From contig CP144828.1 in the NCBI GenBank assembly GCA_036689455.1, forward strand, positions 77,418 through 141,417: a stretch of DNA of 64,000 bases, read 5' to 3'. Position 1 is the stretch's first letter. Each line of letters starts with the position of its first letter. Both the position numbers and the translations under genes were made by a program. Below are positions 1-13,877 of this stretch, piece by piece. Source of the stretch: Candidatus Stammera capleta (GTDB taxonomy: Bacteria > Pseudomonadota > Gammaproteobacteria > Enterobacterales > Enterobacteriaceae). The notes under the pieces were generated by a model. It was given only the letters and a program-made list of their open reading frames with translations. It had not been told where the DNA came from and did no database searches.

Positions 1-23
1 TAATATTTTTTGGTATTTATTGG

Positions 24-50
24 TTGAAATTTTCATTTTAATCCATATAT
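24..50 (+). promoter_or_regulatory. Candidate promoter upstream of dnaK: TTGAAA (24-29), 13 nt, then CCATATAT (43-50). Compatible with a sigma-32 type promoter, or with sigma-70 TTGAAA-N16-TATATT.
   Basis: G/C-containing motifs stand out in AT-only flanks. They lie 47-73 nt upstream of the dnaK ATG, and the GAGGG Shine-Dalgarno is at 85-89. rpoH is encoded in this window. Alignment to the CCCCATNT -10 consensus is ambiguous. Confidence 0.35.
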
Positions 51-63
51 TATTTATATGTAG

Positions 64-2034
<1,971 letters not shown>

Positions 2035-2069
2035 TTATTAATTTATATATTTAGATTTATGGGAATTGT

Positions 2070-3215
2070 ATGTTAGGTAAAGATTATTATGATATTTTAG
2101 GTATTTCTAAAACTGCAGACGAACATGATATTAAAAAAGCTTATAAGAGATTAGCTATAAAGTATCATCCTGATAGAAATAAAGGTGACAAAATTTGTGA
2201 AGAAAAATTCAAGAAAATCAAAGAAGCTTATGAAGTATTAAATGATAAAAATAAGCGATCTATGTATGACCAATATGGTCATTCTAATTTTAAACAACAA
2301 GAAAGTTATAACAGTGGTTTTTCTTCTGATTTTGATGTAACATCTAGCGGTGATTTTGGTGATATTTTTGGAGATGTTTTTGGAGATATTTTTGGTTCAA
2401 AAAAAGAAAAAAGTTCTTCTAATAAAGGATCTGATATTACATATATTATGGAGTTAAGTTTAGAAGATGTATTGAAAGGTATATCTAAAGAGATAAGATA
2501 TAGTGTTACACAAAAATGTAGTGTATGTCATGGTACAGGATGTAGAGTTGGTACTAAAAGAAAAGTATGTTCTACATGTAAAGGTAGTGGTAATTTACAA
2601 ACACGTCAAGGTTTTTTTACTATACAACAAACTTGTCCATCATGTAATGGAGAATGTTATATAATAAATGATGCATGTTATATATGTAGAGGATCTGGTG
2701 TTGAAAAATCTTTTAGAAATATTTTTGTTAAAATACCTGCAGGTGTAGATAATAATGATCGTGTTCGTTTGCTCGGTAAAGGTAATTGTGGAAATTATGG
2801 TTTATCTCCTGGAGATTTATATATTAAAATAAAAATTAAAAAACATGATATTTTTACTCGTGATGGTAATAATTTATATTGCGAAATTCCTATAAATTTT
2901 TCTATGGCAGCTTTAGGAGGTGAAATAGAAATACCTACTTTAAATGGTTTAAAAATAAAATTTAAAATTCCATCTGAAACGCAAACTGGTAGGTTATTTA
3001 GGATTAAGAATAAAGGTATTAAATTTATTAAAAATAACATATATGGGGATTTATTATGTAGAGTTATTGTAGAAACTCCTGTTAATTTAAATGATTATCA
3101 AAGAAAAATGGTTTACAATTTAGGTTTAAGTTTAAAAAAAAATATTAGAAAAAATAATCCTAAATCAAAAAGTTTTTTTGATAATTTAAAAAGGTTTTTT
3201 AAAAATTTATCTTAA
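2070..3215 (+). CDS. dnaJ: Co-chaperone DnaJ, 381 aa
   Basis: J-domain YKRLAIKYHPDRN, a G/F-rich linker, and four CxxCxGxG zinc-finger repeats. Located directly downstream of dnaK. Confidence 0.96.
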   Translation: MLGKDYYDILGISKTADEHDIKKAYKRLAIKYHPDRNKGDKICEEKFKKIKEAYEVLNDKNKRSMYDQYGHSNFKQQESYNSGFSSDFDVTSSGDFGDIFGDVFGDIFGSKKEKSSSNKGSDITYIMELSLEDVLKGISKEIRYSVTQKCSVCHGTGCRVGTKRKVCSTCKGSGNLQTRQGFFTIQQTCPSCNGECYIINDACYICRGSGVEKSFRNIFVKIPAGVDNNDRVRLLGKGNCGNYGLSPGDLYIKIKIKKHDIFTRDGNNLYCEIPINFSMAALGGEIEIPTLNGLKIKFKIPSETQTGRLFRIKNKGIKFIKNNIYGDLLCRVIVETPVNLNDYQRKMVYNLGLSLKKNIRKNNPKSKSFFDNLKRFFKNLS

Positions 3216-3220
3216 TTTAT

Positions 3221-4471
3221 TTAAATAAATTTTGATATTCCTTTTTTTATAGGAAATGTTTTACATATTTTTTTGACTTTGTGTTTAATATTATTAATTA
3301 ATTCTTGGTTTTCTATATTATTTAATATATTACATATTAATTTAGCTATTACAATAGAAGTTTTAGTTTTAATTCCTCTACGTGTTATAGAGGGTGTTCC
3401 TAATCTTATTCCAGATGTAATAAATGGATTTTTTTCATCATCTGGTATACAGTTTTTATTTACAATAATGTTTGCTAATTCAAGTTTTTTTTCTGCTTCT
3501 ATGCCTGTTATATTTTTATTTTTTAAGTTTATTACAAATAAATGTGTTTCTGTTTTATTGGATAAGATTTTAAATTTTTGTTTTTTAAATTCTTTTACCA
3601 TATAAATTGAATTTTTAATTACTTGTTTTTGGTATTTTTGAAATTTTTTATTTAATGCTTCTTTGAAACATATAGCTTTAGCAGCTATTACATGCATTAA
3701 TGGTCCACCTTGTATTCCAGGAAATACTGAGCTATTTATTTTTTTATGTAATTTTTTATTTTTATATTTTGATAATATTATTCCACCTCTAGGTCCTGCT
3801 AAAGTTTTGTGAGTTGTAGATGTTACTATATGTGCAAATTTTATAGGATTTGGATATAATTTAGCTGCTACTAATCCTGATATATGAGATATATCTATTA
3901 TTAGATAACTATTGTACTTATTTGCTATATCTCTAATTTTTTTTCAATTACATATTCTGGAATAAGAAGAAAATCCTGAAATTATTATTTTTGGTTTGTA
4001 TTTTTTAGTTAAATATTCTATCTCGTTGTAATCTATTTTTTCTTTTTTATTTAGACCATAAAATTTTGATTTATATATCTTTCCTGAAATATTAATTTTT
4101 GATCCATGTGTTAAATGTCCTCCATGACTTAATTTCATTCCTAATATTATATCTCCTGGTTTTAATAAAGCGTTATATACTGCGAAGTTTGCTTGTGAAC
4201 CTGAGTGTGGTTGTACATTTACGTAATTAGCATTAAATAACTTTTTTGCTCTTTTTATAGCTATTTTTTCTATTTTATCTATATATTTACATCCACCGTA
4301 ATATCTTTTTTTATAATATCCTTCTGCATATTTATTAGTTAATATAGATCCTTGTGATTTTAATATATTTTTGCTTACATAGTTTTCTGATGCAATTAAA
4401 TTAATGTTTTTTTCTTGTCTTTTTTTTTCTTTTATAATTAATTTAAATATTGAGTTTTGTTTTTTTTTCAT
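3221..4471 (-). CDS. glyA: Serine hydroxymethyltransferase, 416 aa
   Basis: [21 protein letters not shown] and [12 protein letters not shown] motifs. I translated the gap 3698-3943 by hand: one in-frame TGA, no TAA or TAG. Fragments 3221-3697 and 3944-4471 share a frame. Confidence 0.95.
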
Positions 4472-5393
4472 TTTTTATTTGGTATTTTTTATATGCTTGT
4501 AAATGTAATAATTCTGATATTATTGTTGCTGCTGTTAATGATGTTATATCACTATTATCATATATTGGTGAAACTTCTACTATATCTGATCCTATTATAT
4601 TAATGTTTTTAAATTTTCTAATTATTTGTAATATTTTATTAGTTGTAATACCTCCAATTACTGGAGTTCCAGTTCCTGGTGCATATGATGGATCTATACA
4701 ATCAATATCGAAAGATATATAAGTTGGTTTTTTTTGTATTATTTTTTCTATTTTATCTATTATTTTGTTGATTGAATTATTATTTACATCATCTGATGAT
4801 ATAATTTGTGTTTTTTTGTTATTTATATATGTTCTTATTCCTATATGGATAGTATTTTTTTTTTTAATTATTTTGTTTTTAAATAATTGGTAAAATACTG
4901 ATCCGTGATCAAATTTATTATTATTATCGTATGTATCTGTATGTGCATCAAAATGTATTAAGGCTAGATTTTTATATTTTTTTTTATATTCTTTTAATAT
5001 AGGTAAAGTTATATAATGATCTCCACCCATAATAATAATATTTTTATTTAATTTTAATAAATTATTAATTTTATATTTTATTATTTTATTTAAATTTTTT
5101 ATATTACCAGTTTTATAAATTAAATCTCCACCGTCTATTACATTTAGATATTTTTTAAGTGAAAATTTTCATGGTCATTTATATTTTTCTCAAGTTAAAT
5201 GAATTGAAGATGTTCTTATGTTTGTAGGAGCTAATTTACTCCCTGGTTTTCCAGTGCTAGTTATTTCACAAGGTATTCCTAAAATTATAGAATCGAAATT
5301 ATCTTTTATTGAATATTTATTTTTAATAATTATAGGAAATCTCATAAATCCAAATATATTTGATATTAATGATTGATCATTTTGAATATTCAT
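4443..5393 (-). CDS. speB: Agmatinase, 316 aa
   Basis: [18 protein letters not shown] and [22 protein letters not shown] (ureohydrolase Mn-binding motifs). The N-terminal fragment 5190-5393 aligns to the E. coli SpeB N-terminus. Same frame; gene order speA-speB as in E. coli. Confidence 0.93.
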
Positions 5394-5394
5394 A

Positions 5395-7179
5395 TTACCT
5401 TAAGTAAGTATTATATTTTAAAATTTTTTTAAATATTTTATTTTTATGTATAAATTTTTGAATTTTTTTTTTTTTAACATTTGTATATTTTAACATATTT
5501 AAAATGTTATCATATTTGTTTATTTTTTTAATTTTAATTTTTTTATTTTTTAATAAAAATATAGTATATGTTTCTACATTACCAAATAAGTTGTGTATAT
5601 TTCTTAATATATTTTGATATGATCCTATCATAAAGAAACTTATTTTTTGTGATTTACTAATTTTATACTTTGATATTTTTAATACATTATTAATCTTGTT
5701 TTTATTTATATATTTATTTATTGTGCCATCTGCATCACAAGTTATATCTGATATATGAATATTATTTTTTTTTATATTTTGATATTTTCCTATTATGTAT
5801 ATAGGAAATATCTGTTTTATACCTCATGCATCAGGTATTGATTGAAATAATGAAAAATTTACATGAATTTTATGTGAGGTAAATAATGTAATATTTTTAA
5901 ATAAATTTTTATTTTTAAAGATTTTATATTTTTTAATTAGTATAAGTAAATTAAGATTTATTTTTTCTATTCAAGATTTTTCAATGATATTATATTTTCC
6001 TTTTTTAAATTTTAATTTAATTTTTTTGATTAAATAATTTAATTTTTTTTTATTTATTTTTTTTTTATTTTTAATTTTATTTCATTTTTTTCATATTTTA
6101 AATAATTCTTTTGAATATTTTTTTTTGTTTTTGAATATATTTTTAATTTTATTAATTTTATTGTTTTCTATATTTATGATATTTGTTATTAAAATTGAAT
6201 GGTGTGATGTAATATATCTACCTGATTCAGTAATTATATTAGGTGTTATAATATTATATTTTTTACATATTTTATTAGTTAATTTTACTATCAATGAAAT
6301 ATATTTTTTAATATTGTAATTTGGATTTATTATTTTGTTGTTATAATTTACAGATAATCCACCTCCGAAATCTAAATATTTTATGTTTATTTTAAATATT
6401 TTATATATATCTTTGTATATATTTATAAATTCTTTGTAAGAGTTTTTTATGTATTTGATGTCATTTATTTGTGAACCTATATGACAATGAAGCAAACACA
6501 ATTTATTTTTTATTTTTAATTTTTTTAATATATTGATTAATTCAATTATTTGTGATGATGTTAAACCAAATTTTATTTGTGAATTATTTTTTTTTTGGTT
6601 TATTTCTAATGAATTTAATTTAATTCTAATACCTATTTTAATATTTTTATTATGTATATAATCTTTAATTATATTAATTTCATTTATTTTTTCTATTATT
6701 AAGTAAATTTTATGTCCTATATTTGCTGCTAATGAAGCTATATGTATATATTGATTGTCTTTGTATCCGTTACATAATATATTAATTTTTTTTTTTGAAT
6801 TTATTATTATATTCATTAATTCTGATTTAGAACCTGATTCTAATCCAATAGGATGTTTATTTTTTTCTAAAATATATTTTATAATGTATGATTCTTGATT
6901 TACTTTTATAGGATATACTAATGTGTATTTTCCATTATATTTGTATTTTTTTATGTATTTGTTAAATAATGTATATATTTTGTTAATTTTATTTTTTATT
7001 ATTTGGGGAAAGCATAGTTTAATAGGGAATTTTTTTTTTTTTTTTATTATTTTTTTTATATTTATATATTTTCCTTGTTTAATTTTGATATTTAGATTTC
7101 CTTTTTTATCTTTGTAAATATATTTTTTGTTAATTTGTTTTTTTTTTTTATAATATTTATTTTTCATATTTTTTAACAT
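5395..7179 (-). CDS. speA: Biosynthetic arginine decarboxylase, about 594 aa
   Basis: YNGKYTLVYPIKVNQ and GLESGSKSELM motifs. Fragments 5395-5631 and 6091-7179 share a frame. The stop lies 1 nt before the speB start. The middle part was not translated by hand. Confidence 0.88.
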
Positions 7180-7294
7180 TTGTTTTTTAAAAATTTTTAT
7201 TGATCATGTATACTAAGTTAATAAGTTATTTTTAAAAAATATTTTTATATTATTTATTTAAATTATAAATTAAGTTTAGGAGATTAGATATAAA

Positions 7295-8443
7295 ATGAAA
7301 TTATGTTATTTTACTTCTGAATCTGTTTCTGAGGGACATCCAGATAAAGTAGCTGATCAAATATCTGATGCTATTTTAGATGCTTTAATTATCAAAGATA
7401 AATATGCAAGAGTTGCTTGTGAAGTATATGTTAAATCTAACATGGTTATTGTAGGTGGAGAAATTAGTACTTTTGCTAATATAAATATTGAGAATATTAT
7501 ACGTAATACTATAAGAAATATTGGTTATATTGATCATAAAATGGGTTTTAATTTTGATTCTTGTTCTATAATAAATTTAATAAGTAAACAATCATTAGAT
7601 ATTGACTTGGGTATTAAAAGTAATTTTTTAAGCAATCAAGGAGCTGGTGATCAAGGAATAATGTTTGGTTATGCGTCTAATGAAACTGATGTTTATATGC
7701 CTGCTCCTATAGTTTACTCACATAACTTAGTTAAAAGACAATCTAAATTAAGAAAAACAAAAAAATTATCTTGATTATATCCTGATGCTAAAAGCCAAAT
7801 TACATTTATTTATGATAAACATAATATTGTTGGTATAGATACGGTTATTTTTTCTACTCATCATAGTAATGATATTAAATACAAAGATTTAAAAGAAGCT
7901 GTTATGGAAGAAATTATATATTATGTTTTACCTAGTGAATGATTAAATAAATATACAAAATATTTTATAAATCCTACAGGAAGATTTTTGATAGGTGGAC
8001 CATTATGTGATTGTGGATTAACAGGTAGAAAGATTATAGTAGATACTTATGGTGGTATGGCTAGACATGGAGGTGGGGCTTTTTCAGGTAAAGATCCTTC
8101 TAAAGTTGATAGATCAGGTGCATATATGGCTAGGTATATAGCTAAAAATATTGTTGCTGCTGGTTTAGCTGATAAGATTGAGATACAGGTTTCCTATTCT
8201 ATAGGAGTTTCATTTCCTATATCATTTATGATTAATACTTTTGGTACAGAAAAAATTTCTTTAGTGAAAATAGAAAGTATAATAAAAAATCATTTTGATT
8301 TGAGACCTGGTAGTATAATAAAAAAATTAGATTTGCTTAAGCCAATATATTTAAAAACAGCTACTTATGGACATTTTGGTAGAAATATATTTTCATGAGA
8401 AAAAATAGATAAAAAAGAAATTTTAAGTAGTTATTTAAAATAA
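7295..8443 (+). CDS. metK: S-adenosylmethionine synthetase, 382 aa
   Basis: [32 protein letters not shown] and GGGAFSGKD motifs. The C-terminus reads GRNIFS-W-EKIDKKE through TGA 8396-8398, matching E. coli FPWEKTDK. AGGAG Shine-Dalgarno. Divergent from speA as in E. coli. Confidence 0.95.
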
Positions 8444-9033
8444 TTTTTTTTTATATATTTTAATATCATATATTTTGCTTTAGGATAAATAATTTTAATT
8501 TTATTGCAATTGATATTTGGTATTAAATTTATAATTTTTTTTTTAAATTGATAATTATTTACTAAAATTATATTTTTTTTATTTATTATAAGTATTTTTT
8601 TTTTAAATATTTTGAAATTTTTAATTATTTTAAGTTTTGATTTTTTTTTATGAACTTGATATAATTTAATGTCTAAAAAGTTACTATATATAGTAATAAA
8701 AAAAATTTCATTTTTATTATACATTTCTTTTATTATTTGAAAGCTATTAAATTTAATAATTTTAATATTTTTATATTTAAATTTAAATATTTTAGCTATA
8801 TTATATGATAATCTAGTTCCTATTATACTTCCAGGACCTTTATTATACATAAATATATTAATTTTTTTAATTTTAATATTTTGTTTTTTAATGATTTTAT
8901 TAAATAATATTAAAATAAATCTACTATTTTGTTTTTTACTAAATTTGTATTTTGTAAAAATTTTTTTTTTATATTTTATTGCTATAGAACATAATTCTGT
9001 AGACATATCTATAGCTATTATATTTTTATTCAT
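8431..9033 (-). CDS. tsaB: tRNA t6A37 modification protein TsaB (YeaZ), 200 aa
   Basis: N-terminal IIAIDMSTELCSIAI and NKGPGSIIGTRL match the TsaB/YeaZ ASKHA fold signature. The 3' end overlaps metK by 13 nt. Confidence 0.75.
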   Translation of the reverse strand: MNKNIIAIDMSTELCSIAIKYKKKIFTKYKFSKKQNSRFILILFNKIIKKQNIKIKKINIFMYNKGPGSIIGTRLSYNIAKIFKFKYKNIKIIKFNSFQIIKEMYNKNEIFFITIYSNFLDIKLYQVHKKKSKLKIIKNFKIFKKKILIINKKNIILVNNYQFKKKIINLIPNINCNKIKIIYPKAKYMILKYIKKNYFK

Positions 9034-9090
9034 TTTATTTTATTTTAAATAATTAATATTTTGGTTAATTATATCAATTAAGGAATAATT

Positions 9091-10143
9091 TTGAAAAAGA
9101 AAAATTTATTAGATTTTGATAAAAATATGATTGAAAATTTTATTTGTGGTATTGGTGAAAAAAAATTTGTTGCTTATCAAATAATTGATTGAATATATAA
9201 AAAATTTTGTTTTAATTTTTTATTAATGTCAAATGTTAAATTTGATTTAAGAATAAAGTTAGTAAATTTATTTACATTAAGTTTACCTAAAATTATTAAA
9301 GTAAATAATTCAGTTGATGGTGTAATTAAATGGTTGCTTTTATTAAATGATGGTAATTTTATTGAAACGGTTTATATTCCTGAAATTAATAGAAGTACTT
9401 TATGTATATCTAGTCAGGTTGGTTGTTGTGTGAACTGTAGTTTTTGTTCTACAGGAAAAAATGGTTTTAAACGTAATTTATATGTTTCTGAAATTATTGG
9501 ACAAGTTTTATTAATTTTTAGTTTAATACATAAAAGTATTTATAATATTAAACCTGTGACTAATATAGTATTTATGGGAATGGGAGAACCTTTATTAAAT
9601 TTTAATAATGTTATTTCTTCAATTAAAAATATGTTAGATCCGTATTTTTTAGGAATTTCTAAGAGAAAGATAATATTATCTACTTCTGGTATAGTACCTT
9701 ATATATATAAATTAATTAATTTAATTGATATAATTTTAGTTATTTCTTTGCATGCATCTAATAATGAATTAAGAAATAAAATTATGCCAATAAATATGGT
9801 TTATGATTTAAACTCTTTGTTAAAAGTAATGGTTTTATATTTAAAGTTTTCTAAATCTAATAGGAATAAATTACATATTGAGTATATTATGTTAAATAAT
9901 ATTAATGATAACGAAGAAAATGCATATGAATTATTAAATTTATTGAAAAATATACCTAGTAAAATAAATTTAATTCCTTTTAATAATATTAAAAATAATG
10001 ATATGAATTATATTAAAAGTGATTCAAATAGAATTTTAAAATTTCATAATATACTTATTAATAATGGTGTTTTTTCTTTTATTAGAAGAACTAGAGGTTA
10101 TGATATTAATGCTTCGTGTGGTCAGTTATCTGGTAATATATAA
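9091..10143 (+). CDS. rlmN: Radical SAM 23S rRNA/tRNA m2A methyltransferase RlmN, about 350 aa; start uncertain (TTG 9091, ATT 9088 or ATG 9127)
   Basis: SSQVGCCVNCSFCSTG radical SAM cluster motif, MGMGEPLLN, and C-terminal ASCGQLSG. The frame is open from 9082. An N-terminal extension through TGA (IIDWIYKK) aligns to E. coli RlmN. Confidence 0.9.
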
Positions 10144-10191
10144 AATATTGTATAATATATTATATATTTTAAAAATAATTTTTAGAAAGAT

Positions 10192-10569
10192 ATGAATAGT
10201 AAAAATATAGATTCTTTAGGTGATGTTTTGGTAAGGGCTAGAAAATCTTTAAATTTAAGTAAACAATATATTGCGAATAAATTATGTGTTAAATTAGATG
10301 TTATTGATAATATAGAAAAGAATTTATTGCCTGATGATATACTTCCTGTTTTTTTTTGTGGATATATACGTTCTTATGCTCGTTTAGTAGGTATTAAAGA
10401 TAAAAAATTATTTAAATATTTAGATGAATATAAATTTTGTAATTTTTATTATAATAGGAAATTAAAAAGTATTTGTTATGAAAATGTAAATAAAGAATTT
10501 TCTTATATAAGTTTTTGTATTTTGATTAAATCAATGTTTTTTATTATATTTAATTGGTTTTTAAATTAA
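10192..10569 (+). CDS. rodZ: Cytoskeleton protein RodZ, truncated form of 125 aa (HTH plus one TM segment)
   Basis: LVRARKSLNLSKQYIANKLCVK and GYIRSYARLVGI match the E. coli RodZ N-terminal HTH region. A hydrophobic C-terminal segment follows. Position after rlmN as in E. coli. Confidence 0.8.
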   Translation: MNSKNIDSLGDVLVRARKSLNLSKQYIANKLCVKLDVIDNIEKNLLPDDILPVFFCGYIRSYARLVGIKDKKLFKYLDEYKFCNFYYNRKLKSICYENVNKEFSYISFCILIKSMFFIIFNWFLN

Positions 10570-10632
10570 TTTTTTAAAATATATTAATTAATTAAAAATT
10601 AAGTTTTACTTTTTTGTTAAATAAATAATATT

Positions 10633-11925
10633 ATGAGAGATTTTAAAATAAATTTTGTTAGAGGTATGCATGAATGTTTGCCTAATGATATATATATATA
10701 TCAATATATAGAAAAAAAAATTAAAAAATTAATGTGAAATTATTCTTTTGAAGAAATTAGATTTCCTATTATTGAAAACAGTAATTTATTTAATAAAGTT
10801 ATAGATATAAATAATGATCTAGTTTCTAAAGAAATGTATTTTTTAAATGATTGTATTGGTGAATCATTAAGTTTACGTCCTGAAGGAACTATTTGTTGTT
10901 TAAAAACTTATATAAAAAACAGATTATTTTTGAAAAAATTTTTAAATAAATTATGATATGTAGGTCCTATGTTTAGGCATGAAAGACCTCAAAAAGGAAG
11001 ATTACGTCAATTTAATCAAATGGGAATAGAAATTTTTGGTAGTAAGAATATTTTTTTAGAGATTGAATTAATTTTGATTAGTAAAAGATTATGAAAAATT
11101 TTAGGTATAGATAATCATGTTACCTTAGAAATTAATACTATAGGTACTTTAGAAGATAGAAATAAATATATTGATTTTGTTAATAATTTTTTAATTAAAC
11201 ATAAAGATAAATATAATAATTTATTTTTACGTTATAAAAAAATAAATATTTTTAGGTTATTAGATAGTAAAAATAAAAATATACGTTTAATTTTAAAAGA
11301 TTTTCCTAAATTAATTAATTTTATAAATAAAAAATCTGTTTTAAATTTTAATAATTTGTGTAAAGAATTAGATAAATTAAATATATATTATAAAATTAAT
11401 AATAATTTAGTTCGTGGTTTAGATTATTATAATGATTTTGTTTTTGAATGAACTATAAATAAATCTTTAAGTAGTCAAAATACTATTTGTGCTGGTGGAA
11501 GATATGATAATTTATCATATTTATTGTATGATATTTCGATTCCTGCTGTTGGATTTGCTATTGGTATAGATAGATTAGTTATTTTATTTAAAAAATATAA
11601 TAAAACATTAAATTTTAATCATTATATTGATATATATATAGTTTCATCTTATAATTATTTATCAAAAATTTTAGGGATTTTGATTTTAGAAAAAATTTTG
11701 AATTCAAATTTAAGGGATTTTAAAATATATAATGATTATATTTGATGTAAAAAATTAAGTAAAAAATTATCTAAAATAATGATATTAAAACCTCGCATAT
11801 TAATTATTATTGATAAATATGAGATTAATAATAATTATATAACTATTAAAGATTTGCATAATAATAAACAAAAAATAATTAATTATAAAGATGTTGTGTT
11901 AGTTTTAAAGAGTTTATTATTTTAA
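10633..11925 (+). CDS. hisS: Histidyl-tRNA synthetase, 430 aa
   Basis: [23 protein letters not shown] and CAGGRYD motifs. All pieces are in frame 1 with several TGA codons. The C-terminus was traced by hand to TAA 11923-11925. Confidence 0.93.
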
Positions 11926-11965
11926 TTTGTAATTTAATTTTAAAAATTTTAAATTTTATTTTTTT

Positions 11966-13387
11966 ATGTTTACTATTGCATTGATTGGTTTTTCTAATGT
12001 TGGTAAGACAAGTTTATTTAATAAATTAACACATACAAATTATGCTTTTGCTAATAAAATTTCTAATTTTACTTTTGATTTTAACTATGGAATTTTATTT
12101 TTTAAAAAAAAATTTTGTATTTGTATAGATACTTGTGGTTTGTTAAATTTAAATTATTTTTTAAAAAACAAGATTTCTAGATTAAAATTAGAGGAAATTG
12201 TTATATATCAGAATTTTTATTATGTTATTAATAATGTTGATTTAATATGTTTATTGGTTGATAGTGTTGTTGGAGTTACTGTTAATGATATTTTTTTGTC
12301 TAAATTTTTTTTAAGAATGGGTAAAAAAATTATAGTATTAATATCTAAGGTTGATTTATGTAAAAATTTTTATTTATCTAATTTTTTTTCTCTTGGTGTA
12401 AATATTTTATATCCTATATCTATTTATGATAATAATAGTATTTTAAAATTTTTAAATTATATTTTTTTTTTAAATAAATTTAAAAAATATTCTTTTTATT
12501 ATAAGAAAGTATTAAATTTTTGTGTAAATTTATGTGATTATTCTTTTATTTTAAATAAATATAAAAATATTTCTTTAAAAGTTAATATTGATTTTATTAA
12601 AGTAGTTATTTTAGGTAAACCAAATGTAGGTAAATCTACTTTATTAAATAGAATTATTAAATATAATAGATCAATTGTATCAAAAGTTGCTGGTACTACT
12701 AAAGATTTAATTATGTATAATATTAATATTGATAATGTGAATTATTTAATTAGTGATTCACCTGGTTTAATGAAATTTGATAAAATTATTAAAAGTAATA
12801 TTTTTTTGAAAAAGATATTTGATTTTAAAATAATTTTATATATAATTGATATTAGTATTGGTATTTCTAAATATGATTTATTTTTACTAAATTCTTTATT
12901 TAAGGAAGGTAAATGTTTAATTTTAATATTTAATAAATGTGATACTGTTAGATCTTTTTGTACTAAAAAATATAAAAATTTTTTATCCAAAAAATATGAT
13001 TTTATTAAATATATTGATATTTATTTTATTTCTGCTTCGAAATTATATTATAAATATATAATTAATTTATTTAAAAATATTTATGTTTTTTATAAAAAAA
13101 TATCTTTATTTAATTTTAATAGTTCTTTATTAACTAAAATATTGAAAACCTCAATATTTAATTATTATGAAAAAAATAATTTAAAAAATATATTTAAGTT
13201 AAAATATGCCCATATAGGTGGATATAATCCTTTAACAATAATTATACATGGTACTAAAATTAATTTAATAAATTATTCATATAAAAAATATTTAATTAAT
13301 TTTTATATTAGTGAATTAAAAATTAAGGGATTTAAAATTTTTTTAAAATTTAAAGAAATTAATAATCCTTATTTAAAATGTAATTAA
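11966..13387 (+). CDS. der: Ribosome-associated GTPase Der (EngA), 473 aa
   Basis: Two tandem GTPase domains: GFSNVGKTS...DTCG...SKVD, then GKPNVGKSTLLN...DSPG...NKCD. A C-terminal KH-like region follows. Very divergent and Phe/Asn/Lys-rich. Confidence 0.85.
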   Translation: MFTIALIGFSNVGKTSLFNKLTHTNYAFANKISNFTFDFNYGILFFKKKFCICIDTCGLLNLNYFLKNKISRLKLEEIVIYQNFYYVINNVDLICLLVDSVVGVTVNDIFLSKFFLRMGKKIIVLISKVDLCKNFYLSNFFSLGVNILYPISIYDNNSILKFLNYIFFLNKFKKYSFYYKKVLNFCVNLCDYSFILNKYKNISLKVNIDFIKVVILGKPNVGKSTLLNRIIKYNRSIVSKVAGTTKDLIMYNINIDNVNYLISDSPGLMKFDKIIKSNIFLKKIFDFKIILYIIDISIGISKYDLFLLNSLFKEGKCLILIFNKCDTVRSFCTKKYKNFLSKKYDFIKYIDIYFISASKLYYKYIINLFKNIYVFYKKISLFNFNSSLLTKILKTSIFNYYEKNNLKNIFKLKYAHIGGYNPLTIIIHGTKINLINYSYKKYLINFYISELKIKGFKIFLKFKEINNPYLKCN

Positions 13388-13400
13388 GTAATTTTATTTT

Positions 13401-13822
13401 AAAATTTTATTTTAATAATCGCTATAAATTTTATATTATAGAGGAAAGTCTGGACTCCATAGGACAAAATGCCAGATAAAATCTGGAAAAAAGTATATTT
13501 TTATGAAAAGTGCAACAGAAAATAACCGCCTTTTATTTTATGTAAAAAGGTAAGGGTGAAAAAGTATGGTAAAAGCATACTATACATTATAGTAATATAA
13601 TGTATGTGTAAACTCCATTTGGAGCAAGGTAAAATTTGATAATAAAAATATTTAGTTTTTGTTTTATAAAACTACATTAATGATGTATAGTCTATACATA
13701 TATTTTTATTTCATGGTATACCGCTTGAGTTAATAAGTAATTATTAATCTAGATTAATGATTATTTAATATTGTTTAGTTAAATAATATTAACAGAATCC
13801 AGCTTAAAAATATTTTTTTTTA
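13401..13822 (+). ncRNA. rnpB: RNase P RNA (type A); ends approximate (+/-15 nt)
   Basis: Universal elements: GAGGAAAGTCTGGACTCCATAGG (13441-), AGTGCAACAGAAA, GGTAAGGGTGAAA, TAAACTCCATTTGGAGCAAGG, CTAGATTAATGA, and ACAGAATCCAGCTTA (13792-13806). A P2 pairing ATAATC/GATTAT is identifiable. Confidence 0.92.
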
Positions 13823-13877
13823 AAAAAAAAATTACTTTAATATATGTTTATATATTTTATAAATATGTTTTTTCTTT

